Origin: Chiloscyllium plagiosum | Lineage: Eukaryota | Reading direction: 5' to 3' | NCBI RefSeq assembly: GCF_004010195.1 | Contig: NC_057718.1 | Coordinates: 102,130,059 to 102,155,382 of the forward strand | Length of the DNA stretch: 25,324 bases | The notes under the pieces: generated by a model | Database searches by the model: none | Seen by the model: the letters and a program-made list of their open reading frames with translations, nothing else | Told to the model about the DNA's origin: nothing | Shown here: positions 1 through 11,060 of the stretch, in pieces | How the letters are laid out: each line of letters begins with the position of its first letter | How positions within the stretch are numbered: the first letter of the stretch is position 1 | Program-made: the position numbers and the translations under genes

Positions 1-160
1 TGCCAGTAGCAGTGGTGGACTCTCCCTCATTATGGGCATTTAAATGGGCATTGGATAGGCATATGGAGGATAGTGAGCTAGTGTAGGTTAGGTGGGCTTG
101 GATCGGCGCAACATCGAGGGCCGAAGGGCCTGTACTGCGCTGTATTTTTCTATGTTCTAT
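1..160 (+). mobile_element. CR1-clade LINE 3' end
   Basis: Ends in GGGCCGAAGGGCCTGT...TTCTATGTTCTATG, a tail that recurs in many copies in this window. Confidence 0.75.
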
Positions 161-435
161 GAATTGGGACGGTCACATGGTGCAGTGAGCTGGGAAGGTC
201 ACCTGGTGCAATGAGCTGGGGTGGTCACATGGTGCAGTGAGCTGGGGTGGTCACATGGTGCAGTGAGCTGGGGTGGTCACATGGCAGGTGAGCTGGGATG
301 GCCACATGGTGCAGTGAGCTGGGGTGGTCACATGGTGCAGTGAGCTGGGGTGGTCACATGGCAGGTGAGCTGGGGCGGTCACATGGTGCAGTGAGCTGGG
401 ATGGTCACATGGTAAAGTGAGCTCGAATGGCCATA
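161..435. repeat. Minisatellite, 26-bp unit GAGCTGGGGTGGTCACATGGTGCAGT, about 10.5 copies
   Basis: Direct tandem periodicity, with two 25-bp variants ending GGCAGGT. Confidence 0.95.
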
Positions 436-585
436 ATTACACCATTTAAAAGGCATCTGGACGAGTATATGATTGGAAGGGTTTATAGGGACATGGGCCA
501 AATGCTGGCAAATGGGACTAGACTAATTTAGGACATCTAGTTGGACCGAAGGGTCTGTGCTGTACATCTCTATGACTCTATGACA
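436..585 (+). mobile_element. CR1-clade LINE 3' end
   Basis: TTTAAAAGGCATCTGGA...GGACCGAAGGGTCTG followed by (TCTATGAC)n tail. Confidence 0.75.
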
Positions 586-1089
586 TATTCCTGTTACTTG
601 CCACGTGCATGGCCAAGAATTTGGCAAATCCGAGGCGGGCATGTGGAGGGATCCTCAGTCTTACCTTCCAGGGTCGAAAGTCCTGCCTCCATACTTAAAG
701 GGAACCCAGCAAGACATCCGTTCTCAGCAACTCAGCAACACCACTCAACATCTCTGAATGGCTGCCTAAAGCAAAACATCATGCCCCCCCGCTCCCCACC
801 CCTTTCATCTTTCCTTAGATGGATTTGCCCCCTTGGCCAGACAGAGAGTCACACTTGGCCAATCTCCTTGACCAGTTCACGGCCCCCACTATCCCTTAGA
901 CATCCTCCATGTCCACTGGTACTCTTGACTTTTATTCCTACCTTCCCTGTATACACTGGATATTAATAACCCAAGGCATTTCTAACAATGTGATTTTAAC
1001 AATGCTATTTTATTAAACCAAAGTACACGATAAAATTCTGTAAAAACTTTACCCGAACAGTGGGGGTACAATCACAAGTGAACCTGGCT

Positions 1090-1790
1090 TATATGGACGT
1101 GACCACGGATCAGATGTTGGTGATTGGCCCATACGGTCTCAACATGCAGATGACCTTCTGCATGAACTAACCAGGCTCTGAGGCAGGCTTTCTTATACCT
1201 TTACTCTATACAGACAAGGCTGAATGTTCACGCCTTGACATCGTCCATTCTCCAGCACATGATCAGTCTGACCACTAGCGAACGTCGCAAATCCATCATG
1301 CACCTTGGCTACTTTAATTGCTCAGGAGAAAGCGAGGACTGCAGATCCTGGAGAGTCAGAGTCGAAAAACGTCGCACTGGAAAAGCACAGCAGATCAGGC
1401 AGCATCCAAGGAACGGGAGAGTCGATGTTTCGGGCATAAGGAATCCCGATGAAGAGCTTACGCCCAAAACGCCGACTCTCCTGCTCCTCGGATGCTGCCT
1501 GACCTGCCGTGTTTTTCCAGCACCACACTTTTCGACTTAGTTTGATTGCTCATCAAGGCTTGCCTGTTTGTCCTTGGAAAGAGGTTTATCTCTCGGTTTT
1601 AATGGATTTTGATTTCAGCTTTGCCTTGCTCAGCTCTCTCCACCTTTATGCCAGCCCATATGCGATTTACACAAGCGCTCTCTGTTGAGCTGATAAATAG
1701 TCCACATTATCACGTCTCATGCACTTTGTCTGCTTCAGAACAAGACTCCAGTCTTTCAGAGTGACTTTGACAGCTCAGTCCATTACTATG
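1090..1790 (-). mobile_element. Highly degraded RTE-like LINE remnant, interrupted by the element at 1325-1537
   Basis: Frameshifted patches on the minus strand resemble RTE C-terminal motifs (..QDK, GHVxRMDD). Confidence 0.3.
1325..1537. mobile_element. Penelope-type palindromic element (family A) with decayed hammerhead core
   Basis: Inverted arms; core GAATC CCGATGA AGAGC TTAC GCCC AAAACGCC GACTC; TSD 1310-1324 / 1538-1552 with 2 mismatches. Confidence 0.75.
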
Positions 1791-2454
1791 GAGTTACAGC
1801 ACTTAATTAAACAGATACACTTGCCTTCAGGAACACATTAAAACCAGTGACTTTTCAAATCATTGGGTCACTGACTAGCTAATACTTTTTCAATAAGGTA
1901 AACTTTATGTTTTTTTTTTGTTCATTTCGTTTTGGCTAACTCAGCACATTTTAGGCTGATATCTGCATCACTCATTCTCAAACCCTGGTCTGGCACTGAC
2001 AAACATCCCCATCTTGGACAAAACAGTGGCTACCCAATCTAAAGTCCAGCAAATTCAACACCTCCCCTGCCTTGGCTGGTGATTAGGGGGTGCGGAAAGT
2101 GCTCTTTCGCAGAGAACTTAATTGGAAAGGGGAACTCAATTCTGGCAAACTAGCCTTTTAATGAGCATTTCATAAGATGCCAATGCCTGTATAAGGGCTT
2201 CCTGAAACCTTTACCGCTCTGAGAACTTAACTGTCACCCCATCGTCAGGATTCTGAACTTTGGCCTTCCCCTGCTCACCTCTCTTCCCACTCCCAGGAGG
2301 TTCTACACATTAACTCTGTTTCTCGCATCCGCAGCTGCTGCCTGACCAGCTGATTATTTCCAGCATTGACAGTATACTGCCTGTACCCATTGCATTCTGA
2401 GTTTGCTGAGAGAGAGGGGTTTGAAGAGATGACAAGTCACAGAGTTAAGAAGCC

Positions 2455-2520
2455 TTAAGACCAGAAGAACTAGGAACAGGAGTAGGCCATTCGGCCCCTT
2501 AAGCCTGCTCTGCCGTTTGA
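2455..2520 (-). mobile_element. CR1-like 3' tail fragment
   Basis: AGGAGTAGGCCATTCGGCCC is the reverse complement of the tails near 16000 and 20850. Confidence 0.55.
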
Positions 2521-2990
2521 TTGGCCCATGAGATTATCTCGGTTCTTGAGGAATGCTGTGTTCTATCTCACAGTCAGTATGTCAGCACACACACTGTGCT
2601 AATTTATCTTTAAGGGACAATTTAAAGGGACAACAAGTGGTCTCAGAGTATAAAAGTTTCAGGTTACTTGAAGGCTGACACATTACTAGTAACATGCTCC
2701 ACTGCTGTAACTGAAAACCCTAATACTAACCCAGACACAGGTGTGCCTGTGAATGTAATATTTGTAATTAATGTGTGTTGAACCCTTCAATACCATGTTA
2801 CCCATGCCTAGTTTCTTATGCTTTGAGGGGTGACAATCATTGCTACTTCGGACAAAATACATTTCTAAAATTGCCCCAATTAAAAATCAGAAGCTACAGC
2901 CTATTTCTGAGCTGAGAGATAGTGCTATAAACTGTAGGTAGCTGAAAGCTGGAACACTCTGTGTCAAACACTTTCCACATGGTTACAGTA

Positions 2991-3206
2991 CAGGTCGATC
3001 TGTTACAACGCGCATTGCATAAATGCGAATTTGCTGTAATGGATTGATGAATTGGGTACACAGCTTCCAAAGCACAAACTTTTAAAACACGTGTTGGCTG
3101 TAATGTGATTACATCACCAACACTTTAAGCTGCTTTGAAAGCACAATTTTTCTATAACGCGGGGTTGCATAAGAACGCAGTCATCAAATTATAGAAGAAC
3201 TACCTG
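2991..3206. mobile_element. Tc1/mariner-pogo-type MITE
   Basis: Imperfect TIRs CAGGTCGATCTGTTACAA / TTATAGAAGAACTACCTG with TA on both sides; a related copy lies at 14424-14642. Confidence 0.7.
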
Positions 3207-3420
3207 TATTCTAAGAGCATCTGTAATGTCTGTGTTAGTCAGGGATCAGCAGATATAAAAGGACAGCAGACAGTGAAACAGCAGTTTTAATTCACATTGA
3301 CACAAAGTCAGGGGCATTTGACTTAAAGGTACACTTCAATATTATTATCATGGATTGCAGAAATGTAACTATGAACTGGGCATCCAGTGACTCCTTGACT
3401 GAATTACACCCATGTATGAA

Positions 3421-3550
3421 CCTGGCAGGTCTGGCAGCATTTGTGGAGGGCGAAACAGAGCTAATGTGGAAATCATGTTGGACCCAAAAGATTAACACTG
3501 TTTTTCTCTCCACAGACCTGCTAGGTTTCTCAGACATTTTCTGTGTTTGT
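3421..3550. mobile_element. Decayed palindromic element (family C)
   Basis: GCAGGTCTGGCAGCATTTGTGGAG...CTCCACAGACCTGC resembles the copies at 13087 and 14207. Confidence 0.55.
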
Positions 3551-4214
3551 TGCGTGTGCACTCTAGTTAAAGTTGAGGCACAACTTAGAACAAGAAAGCA
3601 TTAAACTGCATGAACTTTTTGTCTATCCCAGTGGCAATCTTGACTGATTAATCTTGACTGGATATGTTGATTTCAGTTGCTGCTTTAACATTTGGTCCAT
3701 TCTTGCCTCATCGAGTTTCTGTGCACTTGCCTGGCAGAGTCTGTTAGCTTTCATAATCACACCATACTCAAGGTAGACTGAAGTGCCGTCGAGTAAAATA
3801 AATTGGGCACAATCCCAATGTATTGTGATAGTTAGAGAATTTACAACCAGCGACAAATGGACATAAAAGTTAATCACAATTTTTTTACAGCTACTCAACT
3901 TTTACAATCAGAAATGGATGATGAAACTTGCTCTAGAATAGATCTGAAAACTCATCTAAGGGTCACTAATGCAAAATAAAATGTTAGCATCGATCCCGTC
4001 GGTTCCTAGTCATCTCCACCAACATCAGAATGAAGAGAAAATCAATGGGAAAGAACTAATGTAGCAGCAGCAAGAGAGACAACTGCTGTTGTTAAGTCAT
4101 TAAGATAGCAGCAGTATTCCTACGCAGAGTTAAGTCAGTGTTTCTGCACCTGGATAATATCATTAGAGATACCGGATGAACATTTAACACTTTTGTATTT
4201 CCCTCGTTCTTATT

Positions 4215-4770
4215 TATTTGTTTTGTGATATTTGGGCATTGCTGGTTGGCCAGCATTTATTGCCTGTCCCTAGTTGCCCTCTTGAGAAGGTGGAGGTGAG
4301 CTGCCTTCTTGAACTGCTGCAGTCCATGTGCTGTGGGTTGACCCACAATGTCCTTAGGGAGGGAATTCCAGGATTTAGACCCAGCAATAATAAAGTAACG
4401 GTGATATATTTCTAAGTCAGGACAGGGAGTGGCTTGGAGGGGAACATGAAAGGGTTGGCGTTCCCATATATCTGCTGATGGAAATGTGTTGCTGGAGAAG
4501 CACAGCAGGTCAGGCAGCATCTAGGGAACAGGAGAATCGACGTTTCGGGCATTAGCCCTTCTTCATTCCTGAAGAAGGGCTAATGCCCGAAACGTCGATT
4601 CTCCTGTTCCCTAGATGCTGCCTGACCTGCTGCGCTTCTCCAGCAACACATTTCCATCTCTGATCTCCAGCATCTGCAGACCTCATTTTCTCTCCATATA
4701 TCTGCTGCACTTGTCCTTGTAGGTGGAAGTTTTCGTGGGCTTAGAAGATGCTGTCTGAGGATCTTTGGTT
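4215..4770 (-). mobile_element. CR1/L2-like LINE 3' fragment, split by the palindromic insertion
   Basis: Minus-strand translation GSKSWNSLPKDIVG..GLQQFKKAAHLHLL; same family as 9330-9745 and 22300-22460. Confidence 0.7.
4477..4695 (+). mobile_element. Penelope-type palindromic element (family A), young copy
   Basis: 89-bp inverted arms 4477-4565 / 4570-4658 with 1 mismatch; core CTGAAGA AGGGC TAAT GCCC GAAACGTC; perfect 14-bp TSD CCATATATCTGCTG at 4464-4477 / 4694-4707. Confidence 0.85.
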
Positions 4771-5143
4771 TTTCGCTGCCTTAATAAAAACCACAGACTG
4801 TACATTTGAACTATTTCATTGTGGTGGTGATGATCTGCCTGAAGGCAGCTCCTCTGTCCACTTCTCCATGCCTTGCTCCACATACAAAGCTGCTCCCATT
4901 TTCAGTCTCAATGTGCACTATGTGCAAGCAAAGGACAATGCCACGTTTGGCTTGTACCTAAAGGAAGTTCAAGTCCTCTCCCCTGAAACAATCTCCGTCT
5001 GTAGGCTCCTCAGTCATGCTCACTAGACAATCGCTGGTTCCCATCCTCGGAGCCCTGAGCATGTCTGCCCTTTTCCTGGGCTTGAAGTCACTCTAAAAAG
5101 GACAAACCCCTCCTCCCATGACCTCAGGCTCCATAAACCCTGT

Positions 5144-5249
5144 TTACTGGGGCATGGAGGGATATGGTACACGCCCATGGAGCATTCCAAGCCGAATCCC
5201 TGCTGGCAGTTCCTCTGGAAAGGCAAGTCTAAAGGCAAACTCTTTCCTG
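5144..5249 (-). CDS. Putative terminal coding exon (R)KEFAFRLAFPEELPAGIRLGMLHGRVPYPSMPQ* of an unidentified gene
   Basis: Pyrimidine-rich tract then a CAGCAG tandem acceptor (exon starts 5249 or 5246); open frame to TAA at 5146-5144; non-repetitive sequence. Confidence 0.5.
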
Positions 5250-5539
5250 CTGGTAAGAGGCCGTTTGAGAGGAGCAGAGCACAGAAAACAATTTCACATC
5301 GCACAAGAGCATTACAAACCTGACCTCTCAGAGGAAGAACAGCCTTCACATCAATTCTCAAATGTTTAGACTCAGACATCAAAATGCAAGATTTACACAT
5401 GACTTTGGTTACACAGCCTTTGCTCATAACCGAAGGTTGGGCCAAGGATTCCCATTGAATTGGCTCACACTTCCAGATGATGCTGTGCAGTGTTTCATTT
5501 TCTTACTTTACTCTACTTCACTTCTGTGGAGACCGAGTT

Positions 5540-6455
5540 GGGTCGTGCGGACGAGATCGTGAGGAGGAGAGCAAGCCACCACAGAGAGAGTGAACCCAAC
5601 GTGTGGGAGATTGAGACATCACAAAGAGAGCAAACCCAACGTGTGGGAGATTGAGACATCATGAAGAAAGTGAACCCAACGTGTGGGAGATCGAGACATC
5701 ACGGAGGAAGTGAACCCAACATGTGGGAGATGAAGACATCACAAAGAAAGCAAACCCAACGTGTGGGAGATCGAGTCATCATGGGGAGAGTGAATGCAAC
5801 ATGGCGGTGAAAGAAATCTCCCAGCCTTTGCGGTGGTGTTGAGAGAAGGCAGCCCCAGGGTCTCTTGCCATCTGTGGAAGCAGCAGTGCGTATGGGGAGA
5901 TCAAACCCATGGAGAGAATTTGGGTCATGAAGCCAGCAGGTGGTGATGGCATCGTGGCTTGGTCAGGTCTGGAACCTTGGCAGCGGGTTGGGGCTCGGAT
6001 TGGGACTTTGACAGTTGAAGATCGAGCCTGTTGTGGGAAGAGCGAGCCTTACACAGCGTGAGAAAGGTCTCTGGTATCTGCGCTGATGATGGGAGCAGGC
6101 GGCCTGAGGTTTCCCAGAGAGCAGGTCATTGCAGAGGAGATCGAGCCCTTGTAGGGAGTGTGAACTCAGCATGGCTCAGCAGTTCAAAAAGACTGCTGAA
6201 CTTTTAATATACATTATTTTTATTTTTCTATTTAACACTAAGAAGGACTGAAGTGTTTAATGTTTCGCTTTAAGTTCTTTTATTTTTCTACTTTGTACTA
6301 AGAACTGAAATGTTTAGCTGTTAACTTCTTTCTTTATTTCTCTATTTTGTTCGTAAGAACCTTTGTACCTAAGATGGTGCTGGGAATGATGACAATGTGT
6401 ACACTTTTCACTGTACTCATATACTTCTGTACATGTGACAATAAATTCTAATTCT
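5540..6455 (+). mobile_element. Non-autonomous element with internal minisatellite and Rex1-like 3' tail
   Basis: Tail TCACTGTACTC...GTACATGTGACAATAAA matches the tail of the Rex-like LINE at 11494-11540 (minus). Confidence 0.45.
5581..5810. repeat. Minisatellite, 40-bp unit (...AACCCAACGTGTGGGAGATYGAGACATC), about 5.5 copies
   Basis: Exact 40-bp periodicity; degenerate GGAGATCGAG echoes continue to about 6150. Confidence 0.92.
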
Positions 6456-6508
6456 ATTTTCTCCCCCCAGGGTCACTGAGCCAGGACTCTCTCCTACTAT
6501 GACCAGTT

Positions 6509-6691
6509 GGAGAAAGTGAGGTCTGCAGATGCTAGAGATCAGAGCTGAAAATGTGTTGCTGGAACAGCGCAGCAGGTCAGGCAGCATCCAGGGAACAGGA
6601 GAATCGACTTATGCTTATGCCCGAAACGTCGATTCTCCTGTTCCCTGGATGCTGCCTGACCTGCTGCGCTGTTCCAGCAACACATTTTCAG
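6509..6691 (-). mobile_element. Penelope-type palindromic element (family A), centre deleted
   Basis: Inverted arms; 13-bp TSD CTACTATGACCAG at 6494-6506 / 6692-6704. Confidence 0.8.
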
Positions 6692-7004
6692 CTACTATGA
6701 CCAGCTTCCAATCAGATGATTCATCATGATAAACTTGACCACATTACAAACAAGTCTCTCACAGCCAACGAGTCCTGGTATGGGATTTGAACCCAGAACC
6801 TGTCGCCTAGAGAGGAGCACACTACCCACTGCACCATAAGACCTGTTACAACTAAAGTACCATGTGTGGTTTTCTTTATCTTATTATAGGAAGGATGTTA
6901 AAGTGATAGAATGTCTAGAGTTTATCACCAGAATTATACAAAGGATGGGAAATTCATATCGAGAGATTTGATATGATAACTGATTTTATGATGAATGCTT
7001 TCAT

Positions 7005-7503
7005 TAACACATGCATTTTGCAGTGGTAAATACAGTAAATTACAGTGAAAATCTTCCACTGTCACCATGATCTAGCACTGTTTTGAACAGTTTGAGAATA
7101 ATTTTAAAAAAGATTTAGCTTAAAGAGAGTCCATAACCATTCCAGCACCATTTCACTGCTGCCAGCGCCGGACCCAAACACTGTTAAAGCCACTGCTCCT
7201 CGGGTGCTATTTTTTGCCCCGGGCCTACCTCTCCAACATAACAGCCAATACCAGATCCCGCTCTGGGCTCACCAGTCACCACCAAGTTCCAGACCCTGAC
7301 GAATTCCCCCTCTCCTCCTGCCTTCCTCCATCCCCACCAATATCGCCACAACCCACCTCTTCCCAGAAGTTAAGTTGAAGCACAAACTAAATAGAAGAAA
7401 AAAAGTGAGAAAAGAAGAAAGGAGGAACAAAGGAAAGTGGACTGAGTGGACGGGTACCGGGCTGAGGAGCCTGGCCACAGCCTGTTCAACTGCCGCCATC
7501 TTG
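7005..7503 (-). mobile_element. Short element with a CAAGATGGCGGC LINE-type 5' head and a Rex-like tail
   Basis: Minus strand starts CAAGATGGCGGC and ends TTTTCACTGTA...CATGTGTTAAT; no coding core. Confidence 0.4.
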
Positions 7504-7769
7504 ATATGGTGGTCAAGGTCAATCATTTGACACATTAGGGCTACTTGCACTAATCAGAAAAAGGCAAAGAGAATTGCTGGTGGTTTCCCCAAATCCTTTT
7601 TAGTGAGTGAAGAGGGAAACATTATTTCCCTGGAGAGAGATTCAGTGATGATCGTAGAGATTAAAACAAGGTCAGCCAGGTGGACCTCCTGGAATATGAG
7701 TTCCCTGGTTGGGGCTGTTAACCTGGTCCAATCAGGGAGCCCTGGCTGACAGATATAAACAGAAGTGTC

Positions 7770-8964
7770 CTGGCCAAACTGGCCATAAGCAGGTCCAGGC
7801 AGCAGGCCATGGAGGGGGTCGTTAGGGCCGACTGCCTGCCCCTCTTCCGCGGTTACGTTAGAGCCCGGGTGTCCTTGGAGAAGGAGCACGTGGTATCGAC
7901 CAACACCCTGGAGTTGTTCAGGGAGAGGTGGGCGCCGCAGGGAGTGGAGTGCACCATTTCTCCCTCCAANNNNNNNNNNNNNNNNNNNNNNNNNNNNNNN
8001 NNNNNNNNNNNNNNNNNNNNNNNNNNNNNNNNNNNNNNNNNNNNNNNNNNNNNNNNNNNNNNNNNNNNNNNNNNNNNNNNNNNNNNNNNNNNNNNNNNNN
8101 NNNNNNNNNNNNNNNNNNNNNNNNNNNNNNNNNNNNNNNNNNNNNNNNNNNNNNNNNNNNNNNNNNNNNNNNNNNNNNNNNNNNNNNNNNNNNNNNNNTG
8201 TTCAGGGAGAGGTGGGCGCCGCAGGGAGTGGAGTGCATTATTTCCCCCCCAACTCTATTTTGATTTAGTCCCTACCCTCCCCTTCACTGTTTTGATCACA
8301 CAGCACTGCCCTTTGATGTGAAGGCGTCACTGCTTGTCACTGCCCACCCGGGTATTTTCCTATCTTCCTGGTGGTGGAAATTGAATAAAAGATTGGTGCA
8401 CTTTGTGTCTCTCACTGCGTTTCACACCTGCACACACGCACCATGAAAAAGAAAAAAAAATAAACAGAAGTGTCCTGGCCAAACTGGCCATAAACAGGTC
8501 GAGGCAGCGGGCCGTGGAGGGGGTCGAGCACGCGGTGTCAACCAACACCCTGGAGCTGTTCAGGGAGAGGTGGGCACCGCAGGGAGTGGAGTGCATCATT
8601 TCCCCCTCCAACTCTATTTTGATTTAATCCCTACCCTCCCCTTCACTGTTTGATCACACAGCATCGCCTTTTGATGTGAAGGGCACTGCTTGTCACTGGC
8701 CACTCGGGTGTTTTCCTAACTTCCTGGTGGTGGAAATTTGAATAAAGATTCATGTACCTTGTATCTCTCACTGTGTCTCACACCTGCACACACACAACAT
8801 GGGTGCAGGGGAAAAATAAGCACTTGTGCAGTTAGGCAGTAGTGTGGGGTTAATACAAAAAAATGAAAAAGAAAATAAATAAACAGAAGTGTCTACTGGG
8901 GAAAAATAAGCACTACCACCTAACAGTGATTGTGTGGGGGGGAAACAAAATAAAAAAAGGAAAA
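7770..8964 (+). mobile_element. Array of at least four 5'-truncated Tx1-clade (L1 group) retrotransposon 3' ends
   Basis: Peptide LAKLAI.RSRQ..EGVVRADCLPLFRGYVRARVSLEKEH..STNTLELFRERWAPQGVEC resembles the Tx1 ORF2 C-terminus; A-rich tails; 15-mer at 7755, 8460, 8879 and 8965. Confidence 0.8.
7970..8198. other. Assembly gap (229 N)
   Basis: Run of N. Confidence 1.
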
Positions 8965-9329
8965 ATAAACAGAAGTGTCAGAGGTTCTGTTCGCTCTGAG
9001 AGCTGGCTCTGAGGGAGCTGGGTCAGTGTCAAGGACTCTCCACATGTAAGTACAGGGTGATGGGATACCAGCCTTTTGGTTCAATGATGAATAAAGGAAA
9101 GCAGCTCAGAGAGTTTACTTTAAATCGAAAGCTGAGGTAGAGGTGATTGCAATCCTTAAGAACAAGATGAATAACAATATGAAGCTCAGGAGGATACAAA
9201 GATATGAAGAGAGGGAAGGCATTGAGATTAATTTGGGATTTCGGTAGCAATGTGCTGGATCAGATCCTATAGGCCAGTTATTCTTTATTATTTCAGGATG
9301 GAACAGTAAGGGGTTCAAAAACTGAAGTC

Positions 9330-9745
9330 CACCCACCTCTGGAGTTTCCATCAATACTTCCCAGGGGATTCACAAAATAATACTTCGTAAACCTGAGACC
9401 ATCCAGGACATAATAGTCCCCTTGACCAACTAACACCTTCAATATGCATTCCTTTCACCACAGCGTGGACCACCGAAAAGACACGCTGCAAGGCTTGTTT
9501 GACAGCACTGCCCAACCCATGTCTTCTAACCCTCAAAGGACAAGGGCAGCAGATACATGGGAACACCACTCCTGCTGGGTCCCTTCCATGCTCCACACCA
9601 TCCCGACTTAGGACGATATCGTCACTCTTCAGTGTTGCTGAGTTAAAAATGGATTTCCCTTCTTAAAAAAACTCGGAGGGTACAAAGTGATTTGAGATGG
9701 CAGCTAACCGCCACTTTCTTAAGAGCAATAAGGACACGCAGCACT
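9330..9745 (+). mobile_element. Degraded CR1/L2-like LINE 3' fragment
   Basis: CAAGGGCAGCAGATACATGGGAAC is complementary to the 4440-4720 host element. Confidence 0.6.
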
Positions 9746-10622
9746 GAAATGCTCACGCAAAAAAAAAGCTTTAAAAAGCTTCAGCACTAATGTAACATGT
9801 GGGGCAGTGGTAATGTCCCTACCCCAGGAACTGGAGGCCTGGGATCAACGCTCAACAGACATGTGTAAGAAGATGTCTGAACATGTTAATTAGAAAAATA
9901 TGCTTAAATGAAAAAATCGTCTTGCACATTTCAACAAAAATCCTATCACAGTGTCACTTTGTAGTAACAATAGCAATGCTGTGACCTTACATCACATTAA
10001 TTTTCTGACACGTTAACACTGGGAGATTATCACATAAAATGCTGTGGTATTAGTTCTTGTATCTCATTGCCTTGATTATCTGTTGATGCCTTTTGATTGC
10101 ACATGAATACACCATGGTTACCAAAGACTTTTAAAATGGAAATAACAAGCTTATTGCTCATGATACAAAGGCAGCAGAATGAAAAACAAGACTGAGATGA
10201 AGTTTCTGTGATCCTTCCAGGCCCCACAATGTCCCTGTCATCAAGCGTTCCTTCGAAAAGGAGTGGATGCAATATAATGAACTTTAACCAACTCTGAAAG
10301 GGTTTCTGAGGTTTGTATTTAATTAAACAACCCAGATAACTTGGGTTAATGTTAATGTTAATCGAGTTAATGGTTGCTTCTTCAGGATTGATAGCAGCGA
10401 GGAAGAAGTGGTATATATGCTGAACAAGAAGAAAGATTAAAATGGATATCCTGTCAGAGCGAGGGGAAGGACTCTTCAAGGCAGACTTACCTGGAAGACA
10501 TGATGTAAAGGGGCCGGTGTTGGACTGGGGTGGACAAAGTTAAGTTTACTTTTACCTGTAAGAGATGTAGTGGTGAGTTAAACACTAAAAAATAACAAAG
10601 AACTGTGATGCAGATGTAAATC

Positions 10623-11060
10623 GTAGAACAGAATCCCTTGAGCATGGAAACAGGCCATTCAGCCCATCAACTCCACACTGACCCTCTGAAGAGCAACCCA
10701 CCTCATTACCCTATGCCTGTAACCCTGTACTTCCCATGGTCCTCAGGTTATGATCCCCTCGTCTGTTTGGTAGCAAAAAAAAGTTCAGGATGCAAAGTTT
10801 CAGCTGGCCAATGTAAATGAGCAGCAGAATTTCCTCTTGTCGACACTGGTTCAATAATTGCACCCTTTCCTCTAAGACAAAAAAAAATACATTCAGAACC
10901 TTATGAGCAATTTCCCAGGGCCAAGCTACCTAACATGCACATCATCAGACTGAGGGAGGAAACCCATACAGATGTGGGGAGAATGTGCAAACTCCACACA
11001 ATCACCCAAGGGTGGAATTGAACCCTTGGGTGAGACAGCAGTTAACCACTGAGCCAGCGT
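10623..11060 (-). mobile_element. HE1-type V-SINE, split by about 165 bp of unrelated sequence
   Basis: Minus-strand head GCTCAGTGGTTA...GGTTCAATTCC and V-domain TGTGTGGAGTTTGCACATTCTCCCC; tail piece at 10623-10740. Confidence 0.75.

Larger units (their letters stand above)
7650..9083 (+). mobile_element. Solo LTR-like host element split by the Tx1 array
   Basis: CCAATC at 7729 and GATATAAA at 7752 upstream; sequence resumes after 8979 and ends TTCA; boundaries approximate. Confidence 0.5.

Noticed and set aside
5144..5200. GMLHGRVPYPSM as kinase subdomain IX-X
   Set aside because: Superficial match only: it lacks the DVWS motif and is followed immediately by a stop
161..5810. The 26-bp and 40-bp arrays as CRISPR
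   Set aside because: They are contiguous tandem units without unique spacers
7755..8979. CRISPR-like repeat-spacer array
   Set aside because: The repeat is only 15 bp and the spacers are homologous retrotransposon ends in vertebrate DNA, with no cas genes
10030..10479. 149-aa minus-strand ORF
   Set aside because: Non-ATG start, no recognisable domain and no convincing splice boundaries
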